From NCBI GenBank assembly GCA_965279525.1, contig CBDIIB010000005.1, positions 1,472,001-1,536,000 on the forward strand: a DNA stretch of 64,000 bases, written 5' to 3'. The position numbers and the translations under genes are program-made. The stretch comes from Tagaea sp. Lineage in GTDB: Bacteria > Pseudomonadota > Alphaproteobacteria > CACIAM-22H2. Within the stretch, counting starts at the first letter, position 1; the number at the start of each line of letters is the position of its first letter. The notes under the pieces were generated by a model, which was not told where the DNA came from, did no database searches, and was given only the letters and a program-made list of their open reading frames with translations. Below, in pieces: positions 27,874 to 38,631 of this stretch.

Positions 27874-28759
27874 CGCCGAGCGCCGCCTCGCGCCGCGCGA
27901 TATAGAGCGTGCTCGAAACGATGATCGCGGCCCCGGCAAGCGTGTACATGTCGAGCGCTTCGCCGAACACGAACAGGCCGAACGCGGCGGCCAGCACCAT
28001 GCGGCCGTAATCGACCGGCTCGATCGCGGTCGCTTCGGCGATCCGGTAGGCGCGCATCGTGCAGAACTGCCCGCCCGCCCCCATGGCCCCCAGTGCTGCC
28101 GCCCCGGCCCATTCCACCGGCTCGGGCCAGCGCCACACCGCGAGTGCCGGTCCCAGCGACACGAGCGTGGAGAACACGCTGAACCAGAAGACCGTGCACA
28201 CGGCCGTCTCGGTGGCACTCAGGCGCTTGATCGACACCGTCACGCACGCGACGAAGAAACCGCTGAGCAGCGCCACCAGCGCGAACGGGTCGAGCACGCC
28301 CGCACCCGGGCGCACCATGACGACGACGCCCAGGAACCCCACCGCCGTCGCCGTCCAGCGCCGCCAGCGCACGATCTCGCCCAGCATCGTCACCGCGAGC
28401 ACCACGACGAAAAGCTGGCGCACATAACCAAGCGCCACCGCGTCGGCGATCGGCAGGTGCGTGATGGCGATGAACCCGGTCGCCATCGCGGCATAGCCAA
28501 GGATCGTGCGCGCGAAATGCGCGCCGAGGCGCCGTGTGGCGATCTGCGCGAGGCCGCCGGTGCCCAGCACGATCGGGGCGATGATGAAGAGCGCGAACAT
28601 GCAGCGGAAGAACGCGAGCTGCAACGGGTGCATCGTCGAGCCCAACGCCTTGATCAGCGCCTCCATGCTGCCGAACAGCAGCATCGCCGCGAAGGCCCAC
28701 AGGCAGCCGCGCGTGTTGCCGGGCAGGGCCAGGGCCCAGCTCGAAAGCCGCGCGCGCAT
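27848..28759 (-). CDS. DMT/EamA family transporter
   Basis: Multiple TM segments; LGEIVRWRRWTATAVGFLGV..VRPG. Confidence 0.9.
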   Translation of the reverse strand: MRARLSSWALALPGNTRGCLWAFAAMLLFGSMEALIKALGSTMHPLQLAFFRCMFALFIIAPIVLGTGGLAQIATRRLGAHFARTILGYAAMATGFIAITHLPIADAVALGYVRQLFVVVLAVTMLGEIVRWRRWTATAVGFLGVVVMVRPGAGVLDPFALVALLSGFFVACVTVSIKRLSATETAVCTVFWFSVFSTLVSLGPALAVWRWPEPVEWAGAAALGAMGAGGQFCTMRAYRIAEATAIEPVDYGRMVLAAAFGLFVFGEALDMYTLAGAAIIVSSTLYIARREAALGVRTRPPAD

Positions 28760-29646
28760 CACCCGCCACCCACGGCGGGCGCCTTGCCCAGTCTGATCTC
28801 GCGATAGGCGATATAGAGCGTGGCGCCGATCAGGATCGCGGAGCCTGCGAGCGTCCAGCCGTCGGGCACCTCGGCGAAGAACAGCCAGCCATAGAGGATC
28901 GCGAAGACGAGGCGCAGATAATCGTACGGCACGACGGCCGACGCCTCGGCCGCGCGGAAGGCCTTCAGCGCCATCCACTGCCCGGTGCTTGCCGAAGCGC
29001 CGATGCCGGCGAGCAGCGCAAGCTCGGTCCAGGTCGGCGTCTGCCACACGAGAAGTGCGGGGCCCAGGCTCGCGATCGACGTGACGATGCCGAAATAGGC
29101 CATGATCGTCGCGTTCTTCTCGCTGCCCTGCAGCTTCTTGACCAGCACGATCACGTCGGCGATCAGGAAGGCGCCCAGCAGGGCCGCGACATGCGCCAGC
29201 TCGAACGTCTGGGTGCCCGGCCGCACGATCACGACGACGCCCAGGAACCCCACCGCCGTCGCCGACCAGCGCCGCCAGCCGACCAGTTCGCCAAGGAACG
29301 TCGCGGCCAGCACGACCGCGAACAGCGGCTTGGCGAACGAGATGGCGGTCGCGTCGGCAAGCGGCAGGCGCGTGAGCGCGTACATGCCGCAGAACATGCC
29401 CGACACGCCGACAAGGGCGCGCACGACGTGCAGGCCCGGCCGCCCTGTCAGGAAAAGTGCCGTGCCGCCGCGCAGGACGAACGGCAGCACGACGAGAAGC
29501 CCGAAGACGCAGCGGAAGAACGCGATCTCGAACGAGTCGAGCCGCATGCCGAGCAGCTTGACGATGGCGCCCTGCGCCGAGAACACGATGCCCGAGGCGA
29601 TCATCCACAAGGCACCTTCGAGATTGCGCCGGCCCGCCTCGTTCAT
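28759..29646 (-). CDS. DMT/EamA family transporter
   Basis: Multiple TM segments; LGELVGWRRWSATAVGFLGV..VRPG. Confidence 0.9.
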   Translation of the reverse strand: MNEAGRRNLEGALWMIASGIVFSAQGAIVKLLGMRLDSFEIAFFRCVFGLLVVLPFVLRGGTALFLTGRPGLHVVRALVGVSGMFCGMYALTRLPLADATAISFAKPLFAVVLAATFLGELVGWRRWSATAVGFLGVVVIVRPGTQTFELAHVAALLGAFLIADVIVLVKKLQGSEKNATIMAYFGIVTSIASLGPALLVWQTPTWTELALLAGIGASASTGQWMALKAFRAAEASAVVPYDYLRLVFAILYGWLFFAEVPDGWTLAGSAILIGATLYIAYREIRLGKAPAVGGG

Positions 29647-30584
29647 GCCGGCGGCTCGGGCTTGCGCACGGGCGGCGTGCGGCCAAGCTCGGCGGCCTTG
29701 CGCGCGATATAGGCCTCGCGCTGGGCGATGTAGAACGTCGATCCGATGATCACGCCGCCGCCGATCCACGTATAGATGTCGGGCTGCTCGGCGAAGATGA
29801 AATAGGCCATCGTGGCCGAGATCGGCAGGCGCGCGAACTCGAACGGCAGCACGTATGAGGCTTCGCACGCGGCCATCGCGCGCGTGAAGCACTGGTGGCC
29901 GACCGTGGCGCATGCGCCCAGGACGCCGACCAGCATCAGCGCGTCCGCCGACGGCCAGCGCCAGACGAACAGCGCCGGCAGCAACGCCACCGGCAGCATG
30001 TAGAGCGACATGTAGACGATGATGACGTTCGCGTTGTCGGTGCGCGTGAGCTGCTTGACCGTGATCGCGTTCCAGCCGCCAAGGGCCGCCGACGCGAGCA
30101 CCAGCAGGTGCGCGAATTCGAGATCGCCGAACCCCGGCCGGATGACGATCATGGCGCCCGAAAGGCCGATCAGCGTGGCGGTCCAGCGCCGGGCGCGCAC
30201 GACTTCGCCCAGCAGCAATGCTGCGGCCGCCGTGGCGAACAGCGGCGAGGTGAAGCCCAGCGCCGTCGCCTCCGCGATCTCGAGGCTGGCAAGGCCGGTG
30301 AACCAGCACAGCATCGACGCGTAGCCGAGCATCGAGCGGCTCAGATAGAGCTTGTGGCTGGCGGTGGCGAGTGCGCCGATCCCTGCGCGCATCACCCACG
30401 GCATCATGAAGGCAACGCCGATCGCGACGCGGAAGAACGAGATCTGGAACGGGTGCAGCTCGAAGCTCAGCGCCCGGATGATGATGTTCATCCCCGCGAA
30501 AGCGGCGGCGGCGACGGTCATCAGGATGGCACCCTGGATCGGGCCGGGCAGGCCCCGGTACCGGTCGCGCGACCCCTCGAACAT
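29643..30584 (-). CDS. DMT/EamA family transporter
   Basis: Multiple TM segments; LGEVVRARRWTATLIG..IRPG. Confidence 0.9.
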   Translation of the reverse strand: MFEGSRDRYRGLPGPIQGAILMTVAAAAFAGMNIIIRALSFELHPFQISFFRVAIGVAFMMPWVMRAGIGALATASHKLYLSRSMLGYASMLCWFTGLASLEIAEATALGFTSPLFATAAAALLLGEVVRARRWTATLIGLSGAMIVIRPGFGDLEFAHLLVLASAALGGWNAITVKQLTRTDNANVIIVYMSLYMLPVALLPALFVWRWPSADALMLVGVLGACATVGHQCFTRAMAACEASYVLPFEFARLPISATMAYFIFAEQPDIYTWIGGGVIIGSTFYIAQREAYIARKAAELGRTPPVRKPEPPA

Positions 30585-30695
30585 GCGGGCGAATTCCTCT
30601 CCGCCGGCAGGTTAGCCCAGCCGTGCCGCGCGCGCGCGGTTATTTCCCGTCAATGCAGGATTGCCCGATGCACAGGTCTCGGCATGAGGGACCGG

Positions 30696-31325
30696 TCAGG
30701 CGACGAGCTTCGCCTCGGTCGCTTTGCGGAATTCGGCGTCGGTCACGCCGTCGGCCAGCTCGACGAGCTTGAGGCCGCCGGGCACCACGTCCATCACGCC
30801 GAGATTCGTGATGATCCGGTTGACCACGGCCTTGCCGGTCAGCGGCAGCGTGCACGCCTTCAGGACCTTGGATTCGCCGGCCTTGTTGGTGTGGTCCATC
30901 ACCACCACGACGCGGCCCACGCCGGCGACGAGGTCCATCGCCCCGCCCATGCCCTTGACGAGCTTGCCCGGGATCATCCAGTTGGCGAGGTCGCCGTTTT
31001 CCGACACTTCCATGGCGCCGAGGATCGCCATCGCGATCTTGCCGCCGCGGATCATCGCGAAGCTCTGCGCGGAATCGAAGAACGACGTCTGCGGCAGCTC
31101 GGTGATCGTCTGCTTGCCGGCATTGATGAGGTCGGGGTCTTCCTCGCCCTCGAACGGGAACGGGCCCATGCCGAGCATGCCGTTCTCCGACTGCAGCGTC
31201 ACTTCCACGCCCTCGGGAATGTAGTTGGACACCAGCGTCGGGATGCCGATGCCGAGATTGACGTACCAGCCGTCCTGCAGTTCCTTGGCGGCGCGTGCGG
31301 CCATCTGATCGCGGTTCCAGGGCAT
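30696..31325 (-). CDS. scoB: 3-oxoacid CoA-transferase subunit B
   Basis: VNLGIGIPT, catalytic QSENG and GMGGAMDL. Confidence 0.92.
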   Translation of the reverse strand: MPWNRDQMAARAAKELQDGWYVNLGIGIPTLVSNYIPEGVEVTLQSENGMLGMGPFPFEGEEDPDLINAGKQTITELPQTSFFDSAQSFAMIRGGKIAMAILGAMEVSENGDLANWMIPGKLVKGMGGAMDLVAGVGRVVVVMDHTNKAGESKVLKACTLPLTGKAVVNRIITNLGVMDVVPGGLKLVELADGVTDAEFRKATEAKLVA

Positions 31326-31336
31326 TTGCTTTCTCC

Positions 31337-32038
31337 TCAGGCCGCGCGCTTGCGGGTGGTGCGCTGTTCGATGCGCTTCTCGTGCTTGCCCTGCACGATG
31401 CGGTGCACGTAGATGCCGGGCAGATGGATATGGTCGGGATCGAGCGCGCCCAGCGGCACGATCTCCTCGACCTCGGCCACGCAGACCTTGCCGCAGGTCG
31501 CGGCCGGCGGATTGAAGTTGCGCGCGGCCTTGCGGAACACGAGGTTGCCCGACGGATCGGCCTTCCACGCCTTGACGATGGAAAGGTCGGCGACGTAGCT
31601 GCGCTCGAGAATGTAGGTCTGGCCGTCGAACTCCTTGTGCTCCTTGCCCTCCGCGATCACGGTGCCGACACCGGTGCGCGTGTAGAAGCCGGGAATGCCG
31701 GCGCCGCCCGCGCGCATGCGCTCGGCCAGCGTGCCCTGCGGATTGAATTCGAGTTCGAGCTCGCCTGCGAGATACTGGCGCATGAACTCCGCGTTCTCGC
31801 CCACGTAGGACGAGACCATCTTCTTGACCTGGCGCGTGCCGAGCAGGATGCCGAGGCCGAAGCCGTCGACGCCCGCGTTGTTGGACGCGATCGTCAGGTT
31901 CTTGGTGCCGGCATCGCGGATCGCCGCGATCAGCAGCTCGGGGATGCCGCACAGGCCGAAGCCGCCGGCGGCGATCTGCATCCCGTCGAACAGCAGGCCA
32001 TCGAGCGCCTCTGCCGCGTTCTTGCGAATTTTCTTCAT
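31337..32038 (-). CDS. scoA: 3-oxoacid CoA-transferase subunit A
   Basis: [16 protein letters not shown] and [13 protein letters not shown]. Confidence 0.92.
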   Translation of the reverse strand: MKKIRKNAAEALDGLLFDGMQIAAGGFGLCGIPELLIAAIRDAGTKNLTIASNNAGVDGFGLGILLGTRQVKKMVSSYVGENAEFMRQYLAGELELEFNPQGTLAERMRAGGAGIPGFYTRTGVGTVIAEGKEHKEFDGQTYILERSYVADLSIVKAWKADPSGNLVFRKAARNFNPPAATCGKVCVAEVEEIVPLGALDPDHIHLPGIYVHRIVQGKHEKRIEQRTTRKRAA

Positions 32039-32117
32039 TTCCCCCTCGATGTTCTTGGTTCGGCGGTGCTGAGTACAACAAGACCGGGAGCCGGAATCAA
32101 GGCCCGCAATTCTTGTT

Positions 32118-33089
32118 TCACGGATCGACCGGTGTTGGTGCCGGCAGCGCCTTGCCCTTGGCCGCAAGCACGGCGCGCAGGCGGTCGGGATAGTCGCTGA
32201 TCAGGCCATCGACGCCCAGGTCGACCAGCCTTGCCATGTCGGCTGGTTCGTTGACCGTCCACGGGATTACCGTCAGGCCAAGCCCCTTCGCTTCGGCATA
32301 GGCCGCGTCGGTCAGATCGCGGAAAAAGGGCGACCAGATCGTCCCGCCCGCCGCCTTGACCAGCCGCGGCGCCGAATCGCCATGGGCGGCGGCGTCGAGA
32401 CCGGTCCACGGGCTCACGCCGCGCCCCTTCCATACATTGTCGCCGTTGCCGCGCTCCAGCGTCAGGTAGGCGCGCGCGAGATCGGGGGCCATTCGTGCGG
32501 CGACCGCCAGCGTGCGCCAGTCGAAGGATTGCAGCGTGGTGCGTGCGCGCATGGCGTTGCGGTCGATGGCCGCGATCGCGACGCGCGCGAATTCCTCGGG
32601 CGGCAGCGTTTCGTCGGGAAAGAGCGGGGAGAGCTTCGTCTCGATATTGAAGCGCACGGCCGCATTGCCGGACCGGCGCACCAGATCGAAGACCGCGTCG
32701 AGGGCCGGCATGCGCGTGCCCGGTACGGATTTCTGGCCGGCAAACGTACGCGCGTAGTCGCTGTCGGGACGGATCGTGCCCACGTCGTGGCGCTGCAGTT
32801 CGACAAGCGTCAGGTCGCGCACGCGCGGGGCGGGGTGCGCGATCCAGTTTCCGTCGGGCGCTTTCGTGATCTCGGGATTGAGCCGGCGGTCGTGCGCCAC
32901 GACGGCGATCCCGTCGCGCGTGACGCCAAGGTCGAACTCGAGCGTCGTGACGCCAAGGGACAGGGCGGCCGCGAAGGCGGGCAATGTGTTTTCGGGTGCG
33001 AGCCCACGCGCACCGCGATGGCCCTGCAGGTCGAACGCGACGGCCGGCACGGCCGCCAGCAGGACCGCAAGGGATGCGATAAGACGCAT
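32118..33089 (-). CDS. Exported glycerophosphodiester phosphodiesterase
   Basis: Signal peptide; [25 protein letters not shown] and ISDYP. Confidence 0.92.
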   Translation of the reverse strand: MRLIASLAVLLAAVPAVAFDLQGHRGARGLAPENTLPAFAAALSLGVTTLEFDLGVTRDGIAVVAHDRRLNPEITKAPDGNWIAHPAPRVRDLTLVELQRHDVGTIRPDSDYARTFAGQKSVPGTRMPALDAVFDLVRRSGNAAVRFNIETKLSPLFPDETLPPEEFARVAIAAIDRNAMRARTTLQSFDWRTLAVAARMAPDLARAYLTLERGNGDNVWKGRGVSPWTGLDAAAHGDSAPRLVKAAGGTIWSPFFRDLTDAAYAEAKGLGLTVIPWTVNEPADMARLVDLGVDGLISDYPDRLRAVLAAKGKALPAPTPVDP

Positions 33090-33155
33090 GGAATTTCCTT
33101 CCGACGTGAATCGGCGCATTATGGATGCCAATCGTTACAGACGGAGACGCCCGCA

Positions 33156-33662
33156 ATGAAGCCCGATCATTTCCGCGTGCTCGCGCGCTACAACCAGTGG
33201 GCCAACGAACGGCTCTACGCCGTCTGCGGCAAGCTGCACGACAACGAGCTTTTCATGCAGCGCCCGTCCTTCTTCGGGTCGATCCACGCCACGCTCAACC
33301 ATATCCTTGTCGGCGACCGCATCTGGATGGGCCGGCTGACCGGCCACCCGGCGACGGCCACGCGGCTCGACGAGATCCTCTACGGCGATTTCATCGGGCT
33401 CAACGTCGCGCGCGTCGCCGAGGACGCGCAGATCGTCACCTTCTGCGACGCACTCGACGAGCCGACGGTCAACACGACGCTGCGCTACAAGAACATGGCC
33501 GGCGAGACGCACGCCACGCCGATTCGCTGGGTGCTGACGCACATGTTCAACCACCAGACCCACCACCGCGGCCAGACGCACGGGCTGCTTTCCCAGACGG
33601 ACGTGCCGCCGCCGCCGCTCGACCTGATGCACTACCTGCGCGAAGCGCCGCCGGCGGCGTGA
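33156..33662 (+). CDS. DinB family protein
   Basis: YNQWAN, SIHATLNHIL and HMFNHQTHHRGQ. Confidence 0.92.
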   Translation: MKPDHFRVLARYNQWANERLYAVCGKLHDNELFMQRPSFFGSIHATLNHILVGDRIWMGRLTGHPATATRLDEILYGDFIGLNVARVAEDAQIVTFCDALDEPTVNTTLRYKNMAGETHATPIRWVLTHMFNHQTHHRGQTHGLLSQTDVPPPPLDLMHYLREAPPAA

Positions 33663-34557
33663 GCGCGGCGCGCAGTTCCGCGGTCTCCTCGAGCATCCAT
33701 TCGCGGAATGCCTTGACGGTCGGCCGCTCGACATCCTGGCTGCGGCACACGAGCCAGTACGACTTGCCCGCCGGCACCACCAGCGGCAGCGGCTGGACAA
33801 GCCGCCCCGACGCGATCTCGGCCGAGAACAGGAACGGCGCGCCAAGAGCGATGCCCATCCCTTCCATCGCCGCCTCGACGGCCACGCGCGTCGAATCGAA
33901 CACGGCCGCGCGCTTGCGCGGCTGGCGCACCGGGATGCCGGCGGCGGCGAGCCACACGCCCCATTCGTCGTAGAGGATGTGGTCGTCGAGAAGCGGATGG
34001 ACCAGCACGTCGGCTGCCTTGCGGATCTTCTTGGCGAGACCGGGGGCGCAGAGCGGCGTCAGCGTGTCGTCGAACAGCCGGTCGGCATGCAGGCCCGGAT
34101 ATTCGCCTGTCCCATAGCGGATCGCCGCGTCGACCGGCTCGCGGTCGAAATCGACGAGCCGGGCGGAGGTTTCGAGCCTGAGCTCGATCGCCGGATGGCG
34201 CGCGGCGAACCGGCCCAGCCGCGGCACGAGGAACGTCAGCGCGATCGTCGTCAGCAGGCTGAGCCGGATCGTGCCCTTGGCCTCGCGCTCGCGTGCGCGG
34301 TCGACCGCCATCGAGATGCGCACGAACGCGCCGTTGAGTTCCGGGGCAAGGGCGGCACCGGCCGAGGTGAGGGCAAGCGCACGCGTCAGGCGACGGAACA
34401 GCTTGGTGCCGAGCGCTTCCTCCAGCCCCTTCACCTGATGGCTGACGGCGGCCTGCGTGACGCCGAGTTCCTCGGCTGCCTTGGTCAGCGACAGGTGGCG
34501 GGCCGCCGCCTCGAAGGCGCGCAGGCCGTTGAGCGGCGGCAGGCGGGTCGTCGCCAT
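33547..34557 (-). CDS. LysR family transcriptional regulator (GcvA-like)
   Basis: LPPLNGLRAFEAAARHLS..AAEEL.VTQAAVSHQVK; 3' end overlaps dinB. Confidence 0.92.
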   Translation of the reverse strand: MATTRLPPLNGLRAFEAAARHLSLTKAAEELGVTQAAVSHQVKGLEEALGTKLFRRLTRALALTSAGAALAPELNGAFVRISMAVDRAREREAKGTIRLSLLTTIALTFLVPRLGRFAARHPAIELRLETSARLVDFDREPVDAAIRYGTGEYPGLHADRLFDDTLTPLCAPGLAKKIRKAADVLVHPLLDDHILYDEWGVWLAAAGIPVRQPRKRAAVFDSTRVAVEAAMEGMGIALGAPFLFSAEIASGRLVQPLPLVVPAGKSYWLVCRSQDVERPTVKAFREWMLEETAELRAALTPPAALRAGSASGRAAAAARPSGKAARASGRGGGSGG

Positions 34558-34559
34558 GG

Positions 34560-34575
34560 CTTAGGTTTCCTTATG
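34560..34575. promoter_or_regulatory. LysR-type T-N11-A box between lysR and the DUF1127 gene
   Basis: TTAGGTTTCCTTAT imperfect dyad immediately upstream of the lysR start. Confidence 0.45.
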
Positions 34576-34665
34576 CATCGCCCGAGATAAGGTCGTTTGT
34601 ATGGGCCCTATTTTACCGGCAAATTCGCGTCAGTTCCAAGGTTCGCACATGAAGAGGATTTGGTC

Positions 34666-34896
34666 ATGATCTGTCAGACGGTAAACGGGGATGTCGATTT
34701 CCGGACGGCCTGGCGCGAGGCGTTCGCCGCCATCGGGACGGCAATGGGGGCCAGCCTGCTGGCCGTCGTCGTGTGGCAGGAGCGTGCGCGCGACCGCACG
34801 CGGCTCGAAGGGCTCGACGATGCCGCCCTCAAGGACATGGGCATCAGCCGCGCCGACGTGTCGCGCGAGATCGAAAAGCCGGTCTGGCGCGCGTGA
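34666..34896 (+). CDS. DUF1127 (YjiS-like) small protein
   Basis: R..L..LDD..LKDMGISR...E..KP.WR; GAGGA RBS; divergent from lysR. Confidence 0.88.
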   Translation: MICQTVNGDVDFRTAWREAFAAIGTAMGASLLAVVVWQERARDRTRLEGLDDAALKDMGISRADVSREIEKPVWRA

Positions 34897-35285
34897 GTGC
34901 TGCCCCGCTCCAGGGCGGGTGTCTGTGCAAGGCCGTGCGCTATTCGGCGCGCGGCCCGACGACACGCGTCAACCACTGCCATTGCGACATGTGCCGGCGT
35001 GCCAGCGGCGCCATTGCCGCGACTTGGGCGACCGTGCCGCTGGCGGGCTTCGTGCTGACCGGCAAGCCCGCCGAATATCGCGCGTCCGGCTTCGCGACCC
35101 GCTCGTTCTGTGCGGCCTGCGGCTCGACGTTGTTCTGGCAGCGCGACGGCGATGCGACGATCGACCTTTCCGTCGGCACGCTCGACGATGCAGGCGGTCT
35201 TGCCGCCACGCGCCATGATTTCGTCGAGGGGCGCCTTGCGGGCTTCAGCCTCGACCCGCATCTGCCGGAATTTCCCGGTACCTAG
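34893..35285 (+). CDS. GFA/CENP-V family protein
   Basis: GGCLC, HCHCDMCRR and FCAACGS; GTG start overlaps the upstream TGA. Confidence 0.9.
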   Translation: MSAAPLQGGCLCKAVRYSARGPTTRVNHCHCDMCRRASGAIAATWATVPLAGFVLTGKPAEYRASGFATRSFCAACGSTLFWQRDGDATIDLSVGTLDDAGGLAATRHDFVEGRLAGFSLDPHLPEFPGT

Positions 35286-36385
35286 CCCTTCAGGGCTTCT
35301 TCCATCGCCGACCAGAGCGCTTCGAGCGGCTCGCAGCCGACCGACAGGCGCACATAGCCCGGGGCGACCGCATCGCCCCAGCGCGCGCGGCGCTCGGCAC
35401 TGGTGTGCACGCTGCCGAAGCTGGTGCTTGGCCGGATGAAGCGACAGGAGATGAATTTTTCCGCCAGCGCCTCGCTTGCGAACGTCACGCCGACGAGGCT
35501 GCCGAACTTCGCCATCTGCTTTCGCGCGATGGCGTGCGAGGGATCGTTGCCGAGCCCCGGATGGCGCACTGACACCGTGCCTTCGTGCACCGCGAGGCGC
35601 CGCGCGATCTCGACGGCGGAGTCGCACATGCGTGAAAACCGCAGCTCCAGCGTCTCCAGCCCGCGATGGACGAGCCACGCCTCGAACGGGCCGGGGATGG
35701 CGCCGCCGAGCTTGCGCCAGTCGCGTACCGCATCGAGCAACGCCTTGTCGCGCGACGCGACATGGCCAAACAGCACGTCGGCATGCCCGCCGGGCGCCTT
35801 GGTGTCGGCGGCCACGACGAAATCGGCGCCCAGATCGAGCGGGCGCTGGCCCAGCGGCGTCATCGTCGTGTTGTCGACGACGACCTTGGCACCCTCGGCG
35901 TGTGCTGCCGCCGCGACGGCGGCGATGTCGCACACGTCGAGACCCGGGTTGGACGGGCTTTCGATCCACACCAGCCGGTAGCCGGCAAAGCCGCCCGCCA
36001 TGAATTCGGCGGTCGCGCGCAGGTCGAACGACACGCCGAGTGGTGCGAGGAATTTTTCGGCGAGGGCGCGCGTCGTGTAGTAGCCGTCCGACGGCAGCAG
36101 CACGCGGTCACCGGCACGAAGCTGCGAATAGAGCACGGCGGCGATGGCCGCCATGCCCGACGGGAACGCGACGACCGGGGCGTCTTCGAGGATCGCAAGC
36201 GCATGCTCGACGGCATCCCAGCTCGGATTGTGGAAGCGCCCGTACTGGAAGGGTGCGTCCGCCGGCATGCCGGGCAGATGATAGGAACTCGCCATCACGA
36301 TGGGCGGGGCCACCGGCTCGCCGGGGGCGAGGTCGGCGCGTGCGTGCAGCAGGCGGGCGATGCGCTCGTCGTTGGCAGCACTCAT
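35282..36385 (-). CDS. Cystathionine gamma-lyase family PLP enzyme
   Basis: YGRFHNP, SGMAAI, ESPSNP, VDNT, ADTK and RLSVGCE. Confidence 0.9.
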   Translation of the reverse strand: MSAANDERIARLLHARADLAPGEPVAPPIVMASSYHLPGMPADAPFQYGRFHNPSWDAVEHALAILEDAPVVAFPSGMAAIAAVLYSQLRAGDRVLLPSDGYYTTRALAEKFLAPLGVSFDLRATAEFMAGGFAGYRLVWIESPSNPGLDVCDIAAVAAAAHAEGAKVVVDNTTMTPLGQRPLDLGADFVVAADTKAPGGHADVLFGHVASRDKALLDAVRDWRKLGGAIPGPFEAWLVHRGLETLELRFSRMCDSAVEIARRLAVHEGTVSVRHPGLGNDPSHAIARKQMAKFGSLVGVTFASEALAEKFISCRFIRPSTSFGSVHTSAERRARWGDAVAPGYVRLSVGCEPLEALWSAMEEALKG

Positions 36386-36389
36386 CGCA

Positions 36390-37391
36390 TCACCAGTTGG
36401 GTGCCGGGCGGATGTCGCCCACGGTGCGGCCGGCCGCGTTGGTGATCTTCGGGTTGAGGAGGGCGTCGATCTCGGCGCGCGGCGTTTCGGCGAAGCCGCC
36501 GTACTTTTCGAGGAAATGCGCCATCGCCACTTCGGCCCCGCGTCCGTTGCCGTCCTCGATCTTCAGCGCGATGCCGATCTTCCGGGCCGGCACGGCCGCC
36601 ATGTACACGCCTTCGGCGCCGGTCTTCAGCACCGCATGGCCGCGCGCGGCAATGAGCGCGCGCGTGCAGAAGCGCCCCGTGCCGGCAAGCATGAACGGGT
36701 TCTCGCGGATCGCGGCGGACATGCGGTTGCACGCGGCCGCGCGCTCGGCAGGTAGCCCGTCGGGTGTGCCGACGCGCGCAATGCCCAATGCGAGATTGCG
36801 CACGGGGATCGCCACCTGCGGCAGCGAGCAGCCGTCGAGCCCCGTGGCGGCATCGGCGAGCGACAGGCCGAGCATCGCTTCGTATGTGGCAACGATGCGC
36901 TTTTGCAGCGGATGGGCCGGATCGATATAGCCCTTCAGCGGCCAGCCCATGTGCTTGCACACCGCCAGCATGCCGGTGTGCTTGCCCGAGCAGTTGTTGT
37001 GCGACGCGTCGGGCTCCTCGAAGGCGCGGATCAGCAGGTTGGCGCTGGGCGCGTGGGTGGGCAGGTGCGCGCCGCATTCGAGGTCGCCCACATCCAGTCC
37101 CATGCGGTTGAGCCATGCCACGACCGTGCGCGTGTGCATGGGTTCGCCGCCGTGGCTGGCCGACGAAATCGCGATCTCGGTGGTCGAGCAGCCGAACGCG
37201 TCGGCCGCACCCGTCTCGATCAGGCCCAGCGACTGGATCGGCTTGATCGCCGAGCGCGGGAAGACCGGCCTTGCGATGTCGCCGTGCGATTCGATCAGGG
37301 TGCCGTCGGCGGAAACGACGGCGATTGCGGCGCGGTGGCGGCTTTCGACCAGGCTGCCGCGGGTGACTTCGACGATCAGGGGTTCGCTCAT
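36390..37391 (-). CDS. L-asparaginase II (Rhizobium AnsA type)
   Basis: FPRSAIKP, ASHGGE, HNNCSGKH, DGCS and KTGAEG. Confidence 0.92.
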   Translation of the reverse strand: MSEPLIVEVTRGSLVESRHRAAIAVVSADGTLIESHGDIARPVFPRSAIKPIQSLGLIETGAADAFGCSTTEIAISSASHGGEPMHTRTVVAWLNRMGLDVGDLECGAHLPTHAPSANLLIRAFEEPDASHNNCSGKHTGMLAVCKHMGWPLKGYIDPAHPLQKRIVATYEAMLGLSLADAATGLDGCSLPQVAIPVRNLALGIARVGTPDGLPAERAAACNRMSAAIRENPFMLAGTGRFCTRALIAARGHAVLKTGAEGVYMAAVPARKIGIALKIEDGNGRGAEVAMAHFLEKYGGFAETPRAEIDALLNPKITNAAGRTVGDIRPAPNW

Positions 37392-37441
37392 GATTCCAGA
37401 AACTTGCCTCTTGCGCGCGGCCAAGGCAAGGTCCCGCCATC

Positions 37442-37975
37442 ATGCGCGGCTATTTCGGCATCGGGGCGGAGGGCATTTCCAAGCCCATGAATCTGGGGGC
37501 GCTGGCGCGCACGGCGCACGCCTTCGGCGCGTCGTTCGCCTTCACGCTCGCCGCCGCGTTCGACCGGACGGAGGCCAACCGCGCCGACACGTCCGACGCG
37601 TCGGACAGCATGCCGATCTACGACTGGGCCACGCTCGACGACATGCGCCTGCCGGTGGGCTGCGTGCTGGTCGGCATCGAGCTCACGCCCGACGCAGTCG
37701 AGCTGCCGAGCTTCCGCCATCCGCGTTCGGCGGCCTACATCCTCGGCCCCGAACGTGGTTCGCTGTCGCCCGAGACGACCGCGCGCTGCCGGCACGTGGT
37801 CAAGATCCCGACGAAGTTCTGCATCAACGTGTCGCTGGCGGGGGCGCTGGTCATGTACGACCGCGTGCTGTCGATGGGCCAGCACGAGGCGCGCCCCATC
37901 CTGCCCGGCGGGCCGACGGTGTCGACGCGCCGCAAGCACGTGTCCGGCGGTCCGGTATTGCGGAAGAAGACCTAA
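37442..37975 (+). CDS. TrmH/SpoU family RNA methyltransferase
   Basis: NLGALART, LGPERGSL and CINVSLAG. Confidence 0.9.
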   Translation: MRGYFGIGAEGISKPMNLGALARTAHAFGASFAFTLAAAFDRTEANRADTSDASDSMPIYDWATLDDMRLPVGCVLVGIELTPDAVELPSFRHPRSAAYILGPERGSLSPETTARCRHVVKIPTKFCINVSLAGALVMYDRVLSMGQHEARPILPGGPTVSTRRKHVSGGPVLRKKT

Positions 37976-38631
37976 CCGCGCAGGCGCAGCAGCGGGTTGA
38001 GCAGGCGGCCCCAGCCGCCGGTCAGCTTGATGGGCCCCGTCGTGACCGCAAGGCACAGGCAGTCCTTCGCGCGGTCGGCGGTGGGTGCGTGCTTGACCGT
38101 CTCGTCGGCCGCGCACACGTCGCCGCGCACATAATGGCCGCGGCCGTCTTCGAAGCTGCCGTCGAGCACCAGAAGCAGTTCGTCGCCGTAATGCGTGTGC
38201 GCCGGGATCGCGCGCCCGCCGGCGATGCGCAGCAGGCTCATCCGGTGGGTGGCGGCAGCCGCGGTGGGCAGCGTCACTTCCTCCACACCCTTGACGATCC
38301 GCGACCAGGCGAGCTTTTCCAGATCGCCGCCCGTGTAGGGCAGGATCGAATCGGGCAGCAACGGATGCGGCGTGCGCGGTGCGACGCTCGCCGGCGCCGG
38401 CGCTGGCCGGTCGAGGCGCGCGAGCATGCGCTCCAGCGCGTCGGGGGCGAGGGCCGCCGGCTCCAGCCGGTCGAGCAACGCACCGCCCACGGCGTCGAGC
38501 CGGGCCACGGTGGCGCGGGCTTCCGGGCACAGCGAAAGGTGTGCTTCGAGCAGCACGCCGACCGGTTCGGGCGCCGAGCCGGAAGCGTAGTCGACGAGCC
38601 ATTCGTCGGAGAGGGGGCGGGGCTGTGTCAT
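37972..38631 (-). CDS. chrR: ChrR-type anti-sigma factor with a cupin domain
   Basis: N-terminal anti-sigma domain (DYASG...HLSLC); cupin HTHYGDE...H; coupled to the sigma gene. Confidence 0.88.
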   Translation of the reverse strand: MTQPRPLSDEWLVDYASGSAPEPVGVLLEAHLSLCPEARATVARLDAVGGALLDRLEPAALAPDALERMLARLDRPAPAPASVAPRTPHPLLPDSILPYTGGDLEKLAWSRIVKGVEEVTLPTAAAATHRMSLLRIAGGRAIPAHTHYGDELLLVLDGSFEDGRGHYVRGDVCAADETVKHAPTADRAKDCLCLAVTTGPIKLTGGWGRLLNPLLRLRG

